Shown one piece after another: positions 47,096 to 57,250 of a stretch of DNA of 64,000 bases. This DNA is from Candidatus Poriferisocius sp. (GTDB lineage: Bacteria; Actinomycetota; Acidimicrobiia; Acidimicrobiales; Bin134). Position 1 is the first letter of the stretch. Each line of letters begins with the position of its first letter. Position numbers and translations under genes: made by a program. Below the pieces are notes generated by a model, which had not been told where the DNA came from, searched no databases, and saw only the letters and a program-made list of their open reading frames with translations. Location of the stretch: positions 2,664,696 through 2,728,695 of the forward strand of contig OZ244918.1 in the NCBI GenBank assembly GCA_965221865.1. The letters run 5' to 3'.

Positions 47096-48115
47096 TTAGA
47101 TTTCAATGTCTAGGTTAGGGTGGTCTCGTGGTTTTGGTGGGAATAGTGAACGTGGAGTGTTTTGACCAATATCGCAGGCTGTTAGTGCTGTTTCGGTTTG
47201 GGTAACAATGTGGGCTAGGTCGCTAACAGCTTCTGTGTGGCTGGCGAAATGGGTGGTCAGCGCAGCAGCAGTTGTGTGAGCCATGTGTGCTAGTTCGATG
47301 GCTGTGTCTTCGATTTCTTCTAATGTGAGCGCTGGTCGGGCTTTTGAGTACGGTCCAGCGGTGTGCCACAGTGTGATAGCACTGGGTTTGATCCGGTTCA
47401 ACCGAGACATCGCCGGGGCGGTGACGTTGTTGTATCGGTCAGGGATAGCTTCTGCTAGGTCTGCTATGGAGTGGGTGCGCGCAGCTTTAGTTCCTATAAG
47501 GCATATAACAGCTTTGAAAGCGCATTCAATAGTTTTTTGGGAATCAGCACACAAGCTAGCCATACGCTCATAACGAGCATCAGCCCACAGTCTGGTGTCT
47601 TGCCGTTGTTTTTCTAAACGCTCCCGTGCGCTCTCATACAATCCGTTCAATACTTGGCTTAACGCATTTTTTGTGTCGTGCAGCCTTTCTAGGGCTTCAT
47701 CATAATTGTTTGCGGGCATTGCGATCTCCTTGTCCCAGTTAACATCGCTGCTTGCTGGATGGTCGTATAACACGATGGCATCACTTATAACTGCTGCTTC
47801 AAACGATGAGGAAACTTTAGTAGTACGATGCTGCCATTCAGGTCGGTCTGTGACCCACACATCAACAGGCGTTTTAGTCACTTCATCAATACCATGTTGA
47901 AGACGACCTCTAACACTTTGACGACATGAGTAATCGCCTAAATCGTCAAACACAGCGACCATATCAATATCACTGTTTTGATCAGCAGTACCTTTAGCAA
48001 CCGACCCGAACACTAAAACCAAACCAGCACCATGTCTAACAAGCACATCACACACACGACGAGCATCATGCAACGAAGGAACCACCACCGCAGATGCTGC
48101 CACTAAAACCATCAC
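47096..48115 (-). CDS. fused minimal nucleotidyltransferase (MNT) and putative HEPN-domain protein
   Basis: 339 aa with an N-terminal pol-beta NTase motif FGSVAKGTADQNSDIDM. The helical C-terminal half has a HEPN-like segment, IGTKAARTHSIADLAE. Confidence 0.6.
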   Translation of the reverse strand: MMVLVAASAVVVPSLHDARRVCDVLVRHGAGLVLVFGSVAKGTADQNSDIDMVAVFDDLGDYSCRQSVRGRLQHGIDEVTKTPVDVWVTDRPEWQHRTTKVSSSFEAAVISDAIVLYDHPASSDVNWDKEIAMPANNYDEALERLHDTKNALSQVLNGLYESARERLEKQRQDTRLWADARYERMASLCADSQKTIECAFKAVICLIGTKAARTHSIADLAEAIPDRYNNVTAPAMSRLNRIKPSAITLWHTAGPYSKARPALTLEEIEDTAIELAHMAHTTAAALTTHFASHTEAVSDLAHIVTQTETALTACDIGQNTPRSLFPPKPRDHPNLDIEI

Positions 48116-48697
48116 CCCACTCTAATTTCCTACACAACAGCTATCAATCAACAAACTGTCACATTTGCCACACTTCAACGATTACGTGTACCGTTTTAGA
48201 GGTTTTACACGCTTTGCGCGCAACGCGTCTTCTCCCTCCACACCGTTACACGGTTCCTACCCAAACGCTTTCCAATCTCAGCATCACTCAAACCCTGCTG
48301 CGACAACACCTCAAACAAGAACGCGCGTCCTCGCGTCTAAACGCTGTGCCATAATAAAACCCTCCATCGGTAGGTTGCAGATACTTCAGATCGACCCTAA
48401 CAGTCAACCTGTTGCAACCACCGATGGAGCTAACTATCGTGTTCGTATCTGTTCTTACGAGCAAATGTTTTACCAGACAGCGAAAGTCGAAAGGTAGTAC
48501 ATCACCACGGGGGTACACGCTTGCAATAAATTGCTTTTACCGCTGTGAGGTCGGTGAAACTGTCCGCCGGTGTTCGGTTGATGTGACATTGTCGGGGTCA
48601 TGTTCGCAGCGGAAATGTGTGAAGCTCAAACACTTGTTGAGAGGTTGATGGTGGGGTTGTGGTGTGAGCTGTTTGTTGTTGTTGGGGGTGGTTTGCA

Positions 48698-48943
48698 GTG
48701 TTGAATATTGCGAAAATTGATGTTGGGCATGCTAATTATTATGCGCCTCGAAATGGTGAAGGTCGTGAGAGTGCGTCGCTTTACGGTTCGGGCGGTTCGG
48801 GCGGTGGGAGTGTGGGTGGTGCTGCGAGGTATTACGCGGATGGTAAGGCAAATTCGGTCGACCACCGAAACAGTATCGGCTCGCTAAATGGCCGGTCGCG
48901 GGTCCTTACGATTGGAAAAACCCGTCGCCCGGGGTGCTGTTAG
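48698..48943 (+). pseudogene. stub of a MobF/TrwC-type relaxase N-terminus
   Basis: MLNIAKIDVGHANYY...ARYYADGKA resembles the conserved relaxase start (MLSIAKL..G...YY...DYY). Similarity is lost after about 50 aa, and the ORF ends inside the next gene in another frame. Confidence 0.4.
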
Positions 48944-50571
48944 GCCGTGACAAACACAAACACGCAGTCGCTGCAGACGGTTTACCAGTACTGGTGTTAG
49001 GCCCAACCGGTGCTGGTAAAACCCGGCATTTCATCCCACCCAACATCGCCCGCTGGCCAGGTCCTGTGACCGCCACATCAGTGAAAACAGATTTGATCAA
49101 CCTGACTGCACCAGCACGGCGCAGCAAAGGGCGGGTGTACGGGTTCGAACCGTCAGGACGTTTATGCGATGAGATGATCGGGAAAGGAATAACACCAGTC
49201 GTGTGGGATCCAGTGCGCCTCCTCGCTGGCGGTCACACCAGCGGCGGTGTGTCTGAATGGAAACAATTACAACTCTCAGCAGCAGCAGCCCGCGCCGCTG
49301 GTGACCGTGCTAAAGCAGCTCAACACGCTCGCCTCGCCGCTGCGAAACGGGCAGCAACCCTCAAAGAAGACTCCGACCTGTTAGGCCAATTTTTAGCATC
49401 GCAATCTTCATCTCACGGCGGCGGGTCGCAAGGATTATGGGCGCACCAAGCTGGTCGCACTATTTCTGACGCTTTGTTAGTCGCTGTGCTAGCCAAACGG
49501 CAGCTAAAAGACGTGCTGCAATGGTTACTATCACTGCAAGTGTTCTTTCAAAAAGAATATGAAACGTTACAACTGCAAGCCAAAACGTGGAGCACCGAAG
49601 GCAACGACGCGTTAGTACGGTTAGCTAACAAAGGATCAATGGACCCCAAACTAGCGGGCAGCATCGACATCAGCGTCGCTGAAGTGGTGGAAGCATTGGA
49701 CTGGACAGCGCATCGCACAGACTTAGACCTGCTACCAGTAGGCGTGATGTTAGGTTCTGCAACGCAGCGGACAACAGACGTTGACACCCTATACCTTGTC
49801 GCCGACCATCTAAGCCAAACCACGCATAAAAGCTTGTTCGCTGCTAGTCTCAGACATTTGTTTCACGTCACTGAAACCGGTGAAAAAAATGTTACCCTCC
49901 CCCCACTTTTTGCTTTAGACGAATTAGCGAACCTCGCTGCGTTACCCGATTTCCCGAACATTATCTCCACAATCAGATCGTCAGCGCAAGTGTTAACCGG
50001 TGTGCAAGAACTATCACAAATGTCCGCTCGGTGGGGTCAAGACTCAGCGGTAACCATAGTCGGTAATCATCTCACCAAAGTCGTGTTAGGCGGCTCAGCA
50101 GACGCGGGTGCTATGCGAGCATGGGAAACGTTAGCCACCACCCGTGAACACAACAAAAAAGACGACGACAACAACATCGCAGCATCCGATTTCCGTACCA
50201 TCCCTGACAAACAAGCTGTGATAATCGCCCGCAACGCTGACCCGTTCGACGTGCGGCTAGCTGACCCGCAACAATGGTTACAACCCAACACTAAAACCGC
50301 TACCACCCAAACAGCGAACCCAGACGACCTGCCACCTGAGCCCATAGCAGAAAACAACTCTGACAATCCCCCACCAAACCTCGACCCGTCACACCAACCC
50401 AAACCCACTCTCAGCATCCTCACCCCAAATCCAGAAGCCAACGACACAATCCAAATCAACGGTGAAGGACTACAGCACATACAAACCCTCCTCAACAACC
50501 CCCCAACAACAAACCAACCCGGCAACGTCAACACACAGCACACCAGCAAAGTTCCTACCACCACCACCTGA
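48934..50571 (+). CDS. type IV secretion coupling protein (TraG/TraD/VirD4-like), lacking N-terminal TM segments
   Basis: 545 aa with Walker A GPTGAGKT and Walker B-like LFALDELANLA. The C-terminal tail is P/T/N-rich. Confidence 0.7.
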   Translation: MLLGRDKHKHAVAADGLPVLVLGPTGAGKTRHFIPPNIARWPGPVTATSVKTDLINLTAPARRSKGRVYGFEPSGRLCDEMIGKGITPVVWDPVRLLAGGHTSGGVSEWKQLQLSAAAARAAGDRAKAAQHARLAAAKRAATLKEDSDLLGQFLASQSSSHGGGSQGLWAHQAGRTISDALLVAVLAKRQLKDVLQWLLSLQVFFQKEYETLQLQAKTWSTEGNDALVRLANKGSMDPKLAGSIDISVAEVVEALDWTAHRTDLDLLPVGVMLGSATQRTTDVDTLYLVADHLSQTTHKSLFAASLRHLFHVTETGEKNVTLPPLFALDELANLAALPDFPNIISTIRSSAQVLTGVQELSQMSARWGQDSAVTIVGNHLTKVVLGGSADAGAMRAWETLATTREHNKKDDDNNIAASDFRTIPDKQAVIIARNADPFDVRLADPQQWLQPNTKTATTQTANPDDLPPEPIAENNSDNPPPNLDPSHQPKPTLSILTPNPEANDTIQINGEGLQHIQTLLNNPPTTNQPGNVNTQHTSKVPTTTT

Positions 50572-50932
50572 AAACATTTCAAACCGTCAACCTGTTCCAC
50601 CACCACCTGAACGCGAACTCAGAATCACTCGCCAACCCCCCACACCACCGTCACAACACCACTCACAACACTCAACCGCGGCGTGGAGTCTCACAATCCC
50701 CGGTGATGAAGCACATGTCGAAATCGACCCGCCAGGTGTAAACCGGGGAATATTCACCGGTGACGGATGGACCGCAGGCCGCGACAGTTTAGGCGACTGG
50801 TACACAGGTGAAGCAGGTTTCATGATCGCAGCCGCCACCGCAACTAGTTACGAACCCGTTCACGAACCCGCACCCACAATGACACCCGCAACAACACCGC
50901 CACAACAAGAAAGAAAAAACCAAAATGGGTGA
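50462..50932 (+). CDS. Pro/Thr-rich hypothetical protein (start uncertain)
   Basis: 156-aa ORF overlapping the coupling-protein gene by 110 nt. It lies in a T/G-poor region where all frames stay open, so the call is weak. Confidence 0.3.
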   Translation: MKDYSTYKPSSTTPQQQTNPATSTHSTPAKFLPPPPENISNRQPVPPPPERELRITRQPPTPPSQHHSQHSTAAWSLTIPGDEAHVEIDPPGVNRGIFTGDGWTAGRDSLGDWYTGEAGFMIAAATATSYEPVHEPAPTMTPATTPPQQERKNQNG

Positions 50933-51791
50933 CATCGCAGCTCGCAGAGAAACATCGCTGACAGCGTTAGCCGCAGTGTTAGGCAACGATATGCGATCAG
51001 AAAAACTGTGGATGCGCCGCTGGCAAACTTTCGGTATCACACACCCGCACAACCCTTGCCAAAAAACAATGATCAGCGGCCTAGACGGGTTAATGGCTCA
51101 AGCAGCCCGACGGTACGCCCAATACGAGTCCGCAGGGTGGGCTACCGCCGCTGAATGGGCTAGCGTAGGCGGTGAAACCGACGACACTGCTCTAGGATTA
51201 GTACTCGTCGCTAACACTCACCGCTGCTGCGACGATTACTACTGTGAAAACAACAGTTGCGGTCAACCCAAACAACTACACCTATCACACCGCACCGTCA
51301 TAAACCGTAGCCAGCTTACCAACACCATCGACCTAGCAGAACCACCCGACCGTATTCCGAACTGGACAACCGAAAAAATCATCAACCTGTACGACGGTTT
51401 AGCAGATGATTGGATGTTCACAACAAACGCTTGCATGTCTAACGGGAAAACCGTGCACAGCCCATCTCTCAAACACTGCGAAAACACCGCCGAGTTCAAC
51501 AGTAACGCAACCCGAGCGCACATCATGTGGTGCCTGCCACGCTGTCAACAAACCAACAAACCAACCGTCGGTCGAACAGGTTTAGAATACGAACTCGCCT
51601 GCGAACTCGCAACCCTGTTCACAGCCAACAAACTAGGCTTCGAATGCGTTCCCGCAGGCTGGCCGACGTTCAGGCAATGGCCCAACGCGTTACAATCCCC
51701 CACCGGTTGGACGATACTAGCATCAACAGCAACAGTCGCTTTAGCAGCCGCTTCGTACCTCACCCAAACAATCACTGGTAAAAACATATGA
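50925..51791 (+). CDS. hypothetical protein
   Basis: 288 aa with less biased composition than its neighbours and a Cys-rich segment, CCDDYYCENNSC. It overlaps both neighbours by 8 and 4 nt. Confidence 0.5.
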   Translation: MGDIAARRETSLTALAAVLGNDMRSEKLWMRRWQTFGITHPHNPCQKTMISGLDGLMAQAARRYAQYESAGWATAAEWASVGGETDDTALGLVLVANTHRCCDDYYCENNSCGQPKQLHLSHRTVINRSQLTNTIDLAEPPDRIPNWTTEKIINLYDGLADDWMFTTNACMSNGKTVHSPSLKHCENTAEFNSNATRAHIMWCLPRCQQTNKPTVGRTGLEYELACELATLFTANKLGFECVPAGWPTFRQWPNALQSPTGWTILASTATVALAAASYLTQTITGKNI

Positions 51792-52324
51792 AACTCGAAG
51801 GCAAACCCCTCGCCGCGGTCACCATCACCGCAACAGCAACCATCCTCACTCAACCCGAAACAGAACACGTTCACATCACCGTGGTACGCCGCCGAAACCG
51901 CTGGCTCGCTCAAACCCCGCCGCAACCAGCGCCAACACTCACCACACCAACCCCACCCCAACTCACCGGAATACCACCCAAAGCGCAAACCGATGAACGC
52001 TGGCTCACAGCCGTCGGTTTCCTACAAGCATGGCTACAAGCAGCTGACACCAGCCGGTGGACAACCACCCGATACACACCAACCCCACCCGCTCACACGT
52101 ACACCAACATCCAAATCACAACAGGATCAACACCCACCCAAGCACCAAACACACCCGATACACAAATATTCGCAATCCAATACACTGCCACCCGCACAAT
52201 CGAAACAAACACACCAAACCCAAACCCACGCTCATACAGAATCTGGTTAGCCCTCCAAAAAGACCCGACAGGACGCTGGGCAGTAACACAAATCACACAC
52301 CGCCCACCCCCACCAACCACCTAA
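51788..52324 (+). CDS. Pro/Thr-rich hypothetical protein
   Basis: 178 aa. Its ATG overlaps the upstream stop (ATGA). The protein is very Pro- and Thr-rich by eye. Confidence 0.4.
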   Translation: MKLEGKPLAAVTITATATILTQPETEHVHITVVRRRNRWLAQTPPQPAPTLTTPTPPQLTGIPPKAQTDERWLTAVGFLQAWLQAADTSRWTTTRYTPTPPAHTYTNIQITTGSTPTQAPNTPDTQIFAIQYTATRTIETNTPNPNPRSYRIWLALQKDPTGRWAVTQITHRPPPPTT

Positions 52325-52464
52325 ACCAATACCCACACAACAAACAACAAACCACAGCACTAAACAAACTTAAAGGCTAAAACATGTACACAACACTATC
52401 AAACACATCAAAATAATGCGGAATGAAGTTCACCCTGTTTACAGCTACGACCCGTTCCGAATTC

Positions 52465-53472
52465 TTATTGTAGATTGATCTCTGAACTTGGTGATGTTTG
52501 ATTTTCGCGTTGATTATGTTGATCGCTGCTGTTTGGACGGTGCCATGTGTGCTGAAGTGTTTCGATATGTTGTGTGGTTTTCCACACGAGTTGTCCCGTA
52601 TCATTTGCGATTGCTTGTAATGGGCTGTTAGCTATGTGCTGGTCAATTCGTTGAGCTGCGGTTGTTATCACTTGGAGGTCTTTTTTGATTTTGTTCAATT
52701 TAGCGGTTGTAGTGTGAAGCGTGGGATGAACGAAATCTTCAAGGTTGAACTCGTTAGGTTGAGTAGCAATTGTGGTCTCTGTGAGAGGTAGAGCTGCTTG
52801 GGAAGGTCTACGAGACGCTAGCATGGCAGACCAATTACGATGGGATTTGAGGACGTACAGTTCAGCTACTAGTTCAATATTGTGAATGAGTTGCCAAGCT
52901 GCCGCAATGTCGTAAAGATCGCGTACTAATCGCCGTGTTTGCCAACGACTAAGTTTTTCTGCGATATTTTCTTCAAGCCGCATAGTTGGTATAAACGTTT
53001 GAGTATCCCACATTTCTGGATGTAGTATCGGAGAAGTTGCTAAGCTCAACCGTTCAGATTCCAACCAAATCCCACGCTGAGAAAAATCTAATTTAACATT
53101 AATATTACTGTTAGGTAAAAGGTCTGAAGTAACGCTTATATGTTGATGCCCACGCCTGTCGTTAACCTCAAAGACGAAACTTGTTGACACAAACCCGTCG
53201 ATTGTATCCGCGATGATTGTTTCACAACCGGGTTCAACGTCGAAATCTAAATCGAAAGAAAACCTTCCTTTATGACCAAACCGAAGCTTGCGTAACGCAG
53301 TTCCACCTTTCAACACAACGTTAAACTCTTCAAACAATCCCTGTCGATGCATCTCTTGCAGTAAAACGTCGAAAGCAATATCTAAAACAGCAGCTTCCAG
53401 TACTCGTTTTGAACGAGCCGCACCAGGAAAAACTCGGAAAACGTTGTTTCGTGTTATAGGTGTGCTAGACAT
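52465..53472 (-). CDS. AbiEii-family nucleotidyltransferase toxin
   Basis: 335 aa with LKGGTALRKL...GRFSFDLDF motifs. It sits directly downstream of an AbiEi-like gene. Confidence 0.75.
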   Translation of the reverse strand: MSSTPITRNNVFRVFPGAARSKRVLEAAVLDIAFDVLLQEMHRQGLFEEFNVVLKGGTALRKLRFGHKGRFSFDLDFDVEPGCETIIADTIDGFVSTSFVFEVNDRRGHQHISVTSDLLPNSNINVKLDFSQRGIWLESERLSLATSPILHPEMWDTQTFIPTMRLEENIAEKLSRWQTRRLVRDLYDIAAAWQLIHNIELVAELYVLKSHRNWSAMLASRRPSQAALPLTETTIATQPNEFNLEDFVHPTLHTTTAKLNKIKKDLQVITTAAQRIDQHIANSPLQAIANDTGQLVWKTTQHIETLQHTWHRPNSSDQHNQRENQTSPSSEINLQ

Positions 53473-53477
53473 GTTGT

Positions 53478-54326
53478 TTATTTATCCCAGTCGTAAGACC
53501 AGTTACGTTCAAGAGTGTAATCAACGATTTGAAACTCTGTAGACCGTACTGGCAGCCACCACAACGCGTCGTCTACGATAATTCTGGGTTGCCCGAAATA
53601 ATAGGGGCCGCTGTTTAACGGTGGACCTTGTGTTACAAGTCGAGCAGCTTTTTCAGGTTCATTGCCTCGCTTCAGCAGGTAAGCGGTACGCGCCCATGCT
53701 GGGGCGGGGCGATCTCGCAATTCTGTTGCCACTAGGTTAAGGTCGACTTCTGAGGTTAAATCTTCAAGCCATTCAGCGATATCTGACCACGGAAACTGGT
53801 TTGGGCGAGTACCCATATACGCTAAAAGAGTTTCAGGTTTCCAAACTGGTAACCCATGAAACAAGTCGGTACCCACCCGGGGTGACCAGCGGTACACCGA
53901 ATAAGAAGCTAAACAAGACGGCAAAAACGCATGCTGCGGCCAGCTAATCGTGTCTGTGGTCGGACGACGCAACCAGCCACGTATTTCAGCAGCCGATTTC
54001 CCTGCGACACAACAAGCAGTAGATGGGTTAGCTAACAAATATGCGCGCAATACCACGAAACCTCCCGTGTGCGCAGCGGGAAAACTAGTAGTAACCCCCC
54101 ACGCGTCTTTCACCGGTAAAGGGTAAAGCCAACCGCGTTCTGTGAGCACTCGCGCTGTTCGCTGGGGAGTGCAACCATTGCTAAACAAAGCTAAATCTTT
54201 TAACGTCACCACCTCCACGTTTTGTTGAACCAACGCGTTCACCGCCCCAACCAAATCCGACGGCGGCATACAAGCCCCAACAACATCCGATAAACACTCC
54301 ATAGCTTTAGTATCAATATCCACCAT
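53478..54326 (-). CDS. AbiEi-like antitoxin/regulator
   Basis: 282 aa, 5 nt upstream of the AbiEii gene. The N-terminal segment is wHTH-like. Confidence 0.55.
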   Translation of the reverse strand: MVDIDTKAMECLSDVVGACMPPSDLVGAVNALVQQNVEVVTLKDLALFSNGCTPQRTARVLTERGWLYPLPVKDAWGVTTSFPAAHTGGFVVLRAYLLANPSTACCVAGKSAAEIRGWLRRPTTDTISWPQHAFLPSCLASYSVYRWSPRVGTDLFHGLPVWKPETLLAYMGTRPNQFPWSDIAEWLEDLTSEVDLNLVATELRDRPAPAWARTAYLLKRGNEPEKAARLVTQGPPLNSGPYYFGQPRIIVDDALWWLPVRSTEFQIVDYTLERNWSYDWDK

Positions 54327-54417
54327 TTCACCTCACAACCATGACCTTACCCCTCCCGAAAAGAAAAGTCAGGTCACACATACAAACATCCACTCGATTT
54401 AATCTCTCTGATAGTTG

Positions 54418-54888
54418 TTATTTGAAAAGGTCTGCTTGCAGCACGGCTGCTACGATTTCTGAACGGTTCATACCAAGCCTGTCAGCGGTGCGGTCCAACG
54501 CTTGATGCGCTTCATACGGCAGTGTGATCGACAGTTTCTCACGGTCGCGTACAGGACCGAGAACAGCAGGGGTGATACCTAACCGAACCAGCGGATCGGT
54601 TTCATGCTGTGAAACTACTTTATCAACGTGTGTAATGTACGCTCGCATGATCGTTTCCTCACATGTTTGCCCGGTTAGACGGCTGCGAACCCGTAAATGT
54701 GATGTGAGCACTGCGGGCAACAAAATACTAGTACGAAACACTTCCCGCCTGCTGCTAAGAAACTGGGTTGTGTCATGATTGTCGTGAGGCATTGCTGTGG
54801 AAGTGTTTTGTGGTTGACCGGTGGATTCGACTTGTTGCAATGCTGTAGTGATATTAGTTTTCAGTTTCGGTTTAGTAACCATTGTCAT
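54418..54888 (-). CDS. ribbon-helix-helix (CopG/ParG-like) DNA-binding protein
   Basis: 156 aa. The C-terminal KLSITLPYEAHQALDRTADRLGMNRSEIVAAVL is an RHH pattern. It overlaps parA by 4 nt. Confidence 0.6.
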   Translation of the reverse strand: MTMVTKPKLKTNITTALQQVESTGQPQNTSTAMPHDNHDTTQFLSSRREVFRTSILLPAVLTSHLRVRSRLTGQTCEETIMRAYITHVDKVVSQHETDPLVRLGITPAVLGPVRDREKLSITLPYEAHQALDRTADRLGMNRSEIVAAVLQADLFK

Positions 54889-55541
54889 CCTTTTTGACGT
54901 GAAGCAATTAAACTTTCGATTTCATTTGCCGCAGCGGTGTAATCAGCAGCGAGCAGCGCTGCGTTAGCAGGCTGTTTGTGATTAGCAGCGTATTCGCCGG
55001 CTGTTAAACCGAGGTTCAACGCTTTACCATGCGCGCGTTCAGCGGTTCGCACCGTGGTGTTCAACACTCGTAAATTATTATCACCCAACAAGCTAGCCAG
55101 CTCAGCTTGTGTAGCTTCTAAAAACCGTGTGGCACGCGGGTTAACAGCGAACAAACAAATAGCCAACGGCATAGCCATTGTGTAACCCTCCAACCCAACA
55201 CAACCAGCTTGTTGAATCAACGTGACCAACCCGTCCATACTATGCGAATCGCAGCGCATCGGCACCAACAACCACTCACACACAGCTAAAGCTGCTCGAG
55301 CTTCCAAAGAATTCGACGCTGGCGGAGTGTCCACAACCACCACAGCCACACCCATACTACGAACACCCTCAGCCAACTCTACAACAGCTCTTTTAGGATC
55401 ATCAGACAACTTCCAGCTCGCATACAACAAATTCCGGCGACCCCCACTAACCACACCCTCACCAACCGGGGTAGGCTCTAAAACCCCTAACCCCAAAGCC
55501 GACGCTAAATTACGTTGCACATCCAAATCAACAATCAGCAC
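54885..55541 (-). pseudogene. parA: ParA-family partition ATPase lacking its Walker A N-terminus
   Basis: It begins at LIVDLDVQRNLASALG, the region that normally follows KGGVGKT. There is an in-frame stop 6 codons upstream and no P-loop in any frame before the TnpB stop at 55619. Confidence 0.6.
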
Positions 55542-55618
55542 GCCTCTTATTACGATTCAACACATCACCGCTAAAAACAACATTCGCAGCAGCATAAATG
55601 TCTTTCACCCGCCGTTCC

Positions 55619-57250
55619 TTAAACAATAGAAGGTTGTTCTATTGTCGACGCTCCGAACGACCTTGAGCGTCTGTCCCGTCTAGTCCCAGGTTTGGCTAAC
55701 AGGTTGTTGCCGGGGGCGGCTCGCTGTTGTCCTTTTCTGTTTGTAGGGGGCATGTCAGTTGTTCGTGGTTGGGCTGGAACCGAGATTGTCCTTGACGATC
55801 CTCTGGTCGTTGCTGGTTCTGGGTTCTTTCGCTTGGCCGCGTGGCCCTGACTTCTTCTGCCGATTACGACAGCAGCAGCGTGATGACCACTACTTTGTTG
55901 TCGGCGTGATTTGTTGAGTGCGGGTTTCCAGTATCTGGTTCCCCATTTGCTGGTGTACGCAGGATCGACTGCTACGTGAGTGATCCCATGTTTTTTGGTG
56001 TTAGCTGCTACAGCCTCAAAAACTTGTGCTGTGGGTAGTCCAGCGACTTTACGGCGAGTGGTTTTTCCTGCTTGCCCGCGTCGGTATATCTGTTTGCCCA
56101 AAGCTTTACTGCGACTGAAATCGAGTTTCTCGGTAGCGACCACTTGTGCGCCTTGGGAGACCGCCCATTTCAGTGCCGCGTCTACTGATTCTCGTAGCCT
56201 GCCTCGCCGTTGCTCGCTGGTGCCTTCTTCTAACAGCTCAAACGTTTGAGGGCGACCGGTTGGGTTGCCGTGCTCATCCACGATGAACGCTGCTAGATGA
56301 TCGGAGTTCAAATCGATGCCCACCGTTTTCGCGGTGGTGGGTATCTCAGCGGGTTCAGAAGGTTTAGGGAACGTCCAGCTAGCCGACAGATACCAGGCTT
56401 GTTTATCAGGATCATAAGAGAAGGTGTATGAGATCTTTGAACTAGTTAAACATCGGTGTAACCATTCGTTCGCTCGATGATTCCAGGTAACGGTCCCTTC
56501 TAACCGGTAAAAAGGTGCTTTCCTGTCTGGGGTGTTCGATAAATGCGCTAAACCTTTCGGTAACCGGATCTGCACCACACAGTTCTTGTAGCCTGCTGCG
56601 GTAGGGATCACCTGAATCATTTCGTTGCCGTACGGTTCACCGGTGCGCCCGTCACAAGTCAAATACCCTCTAGCAGCATCCCACTGTTCACGCCATTGCT
56701 GAAGCGTTAGACCACATTCTTGTAGATGATGACGGTTGTTAGCCAGCTCTTTACCGCCCTTACACACCGACACCCGACCAGCTTGCAGATCAGCAGATGT
56801 TTGAGCTTCACGCGCTTTCAGGCTCTGCAACCGGCGTTGCTTCTGCCAACGTTCACCTACAGACGCGAACCCTCGCACACGACCCTGCCGCTGCCCGACC
56901 GGCACTCGAAGACGTTTCTCGATCCTGTTGATCTCTGTCCGATAACGATCAATCGAAGCTTGCATATTACGAACCGCTAAAGCGAACTGATCACCCACAC
57001 GAAGAGTGATCGGATTCGCCCAACGCGACGACACCGCCGGTGTCAACTCTTTTTTGCGTTCATTCCGATCTGCATGTTCCAAACCCAGCTTGCAGCGGGC
57101 AGCCAAATCCTGCCGGAAATACGAACCCAAAAACTCGCTGACCTGCCTCAACACGCTGGCATCATCACCAAAAGCATGAACCTTTGTACGAACAGTCGCA
57201 CCCGACGGGGCAGGCACCACAAACGGACCCTCCGACCGCCAGCGAGTCAC
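55619..57250 (-). CDS. tnpB: TnpB-like protein (RuvC-like, atypical, no zinc ribbon)
   Basis: 543 aa with VGIDLNSDHLAA (RuvC-I-like), VVATEKLDF (RuvC-II-like) and VDPAYTSKWG. The third motif reads GHHAAAVVIGRR rather than the canonical D-x-NAA-x-NI. There are no CxxC pairs. Confidence 0.65.
   Translation of the reverse strand: MTRWRSEGPFVVPAPSGATVRTKVHAFGDDASVLRQVSEFLGSYFRQDLAARCKLGLEHADRNERKKELTPAVSSRWANPITLRVGDQFALAVRNMQASIDRYRTEINRIEKRLRVPVGQRQGRVRGFASVGERWQKQRRLQSLKAREAQTSADLQAGRVSVCKGGKELANNRHHLQECGLTLQQWREQWDAARGYLTCDGRTGEPYGNEMIQVIPTAAGYKNCVVQIRLPKGLAHLSNTPDRKAPFYRLEGTVTWNHRANEWLHRCLTSSKISYTFSYDPDKQAWYLSASWTFPKPSEPAEIPTTAKTVGIDLNSDHLAAFIVDEHGNPTGRPQTFELLEEGTSEQRRGRLRESVDAALKWAVSQGAQVVATEKLDFSRSKALGKQIYRRGQAGKTTRRKVAGLPTAQVFEAVAANTKKHGITHVAVDPAYTSKWGTRYWKPALNKSRRQQSSGHHAAAVVIGRRSQGHAAKRKNPEPATTRGSSRTISVPAQPRTTDMPPTNRKGQQRAAPGNNLLAKPGTRRDRRSRSFGASTIEQPSIV

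Noticed and set aside
48150-48330. Minus-strand HTH-like fragment (MAQRLDARTRVLV* then FEVLSQQGLSDAEIGKRLGRNRVTVWREKTR in another frame)
   Set aside because: It is frame-broken and only about 50 codons long. It is noted as part of island decay but is not good enough to annotate as a gene.
50067-52380. Many overlapping ORFs in several frames on both strands (for example 50067..50606, 50587..50838, 51545..51988, 51993..52250, 52057..52380, 52093..52320)
   Set aside because: The region is T/G-poor on the plus strand, so stop codons are rare in every frame. Only the co-directional overlapping series 48934, 50925 and 51788 looks operon-like, and even 50462..50932 is doubtful.
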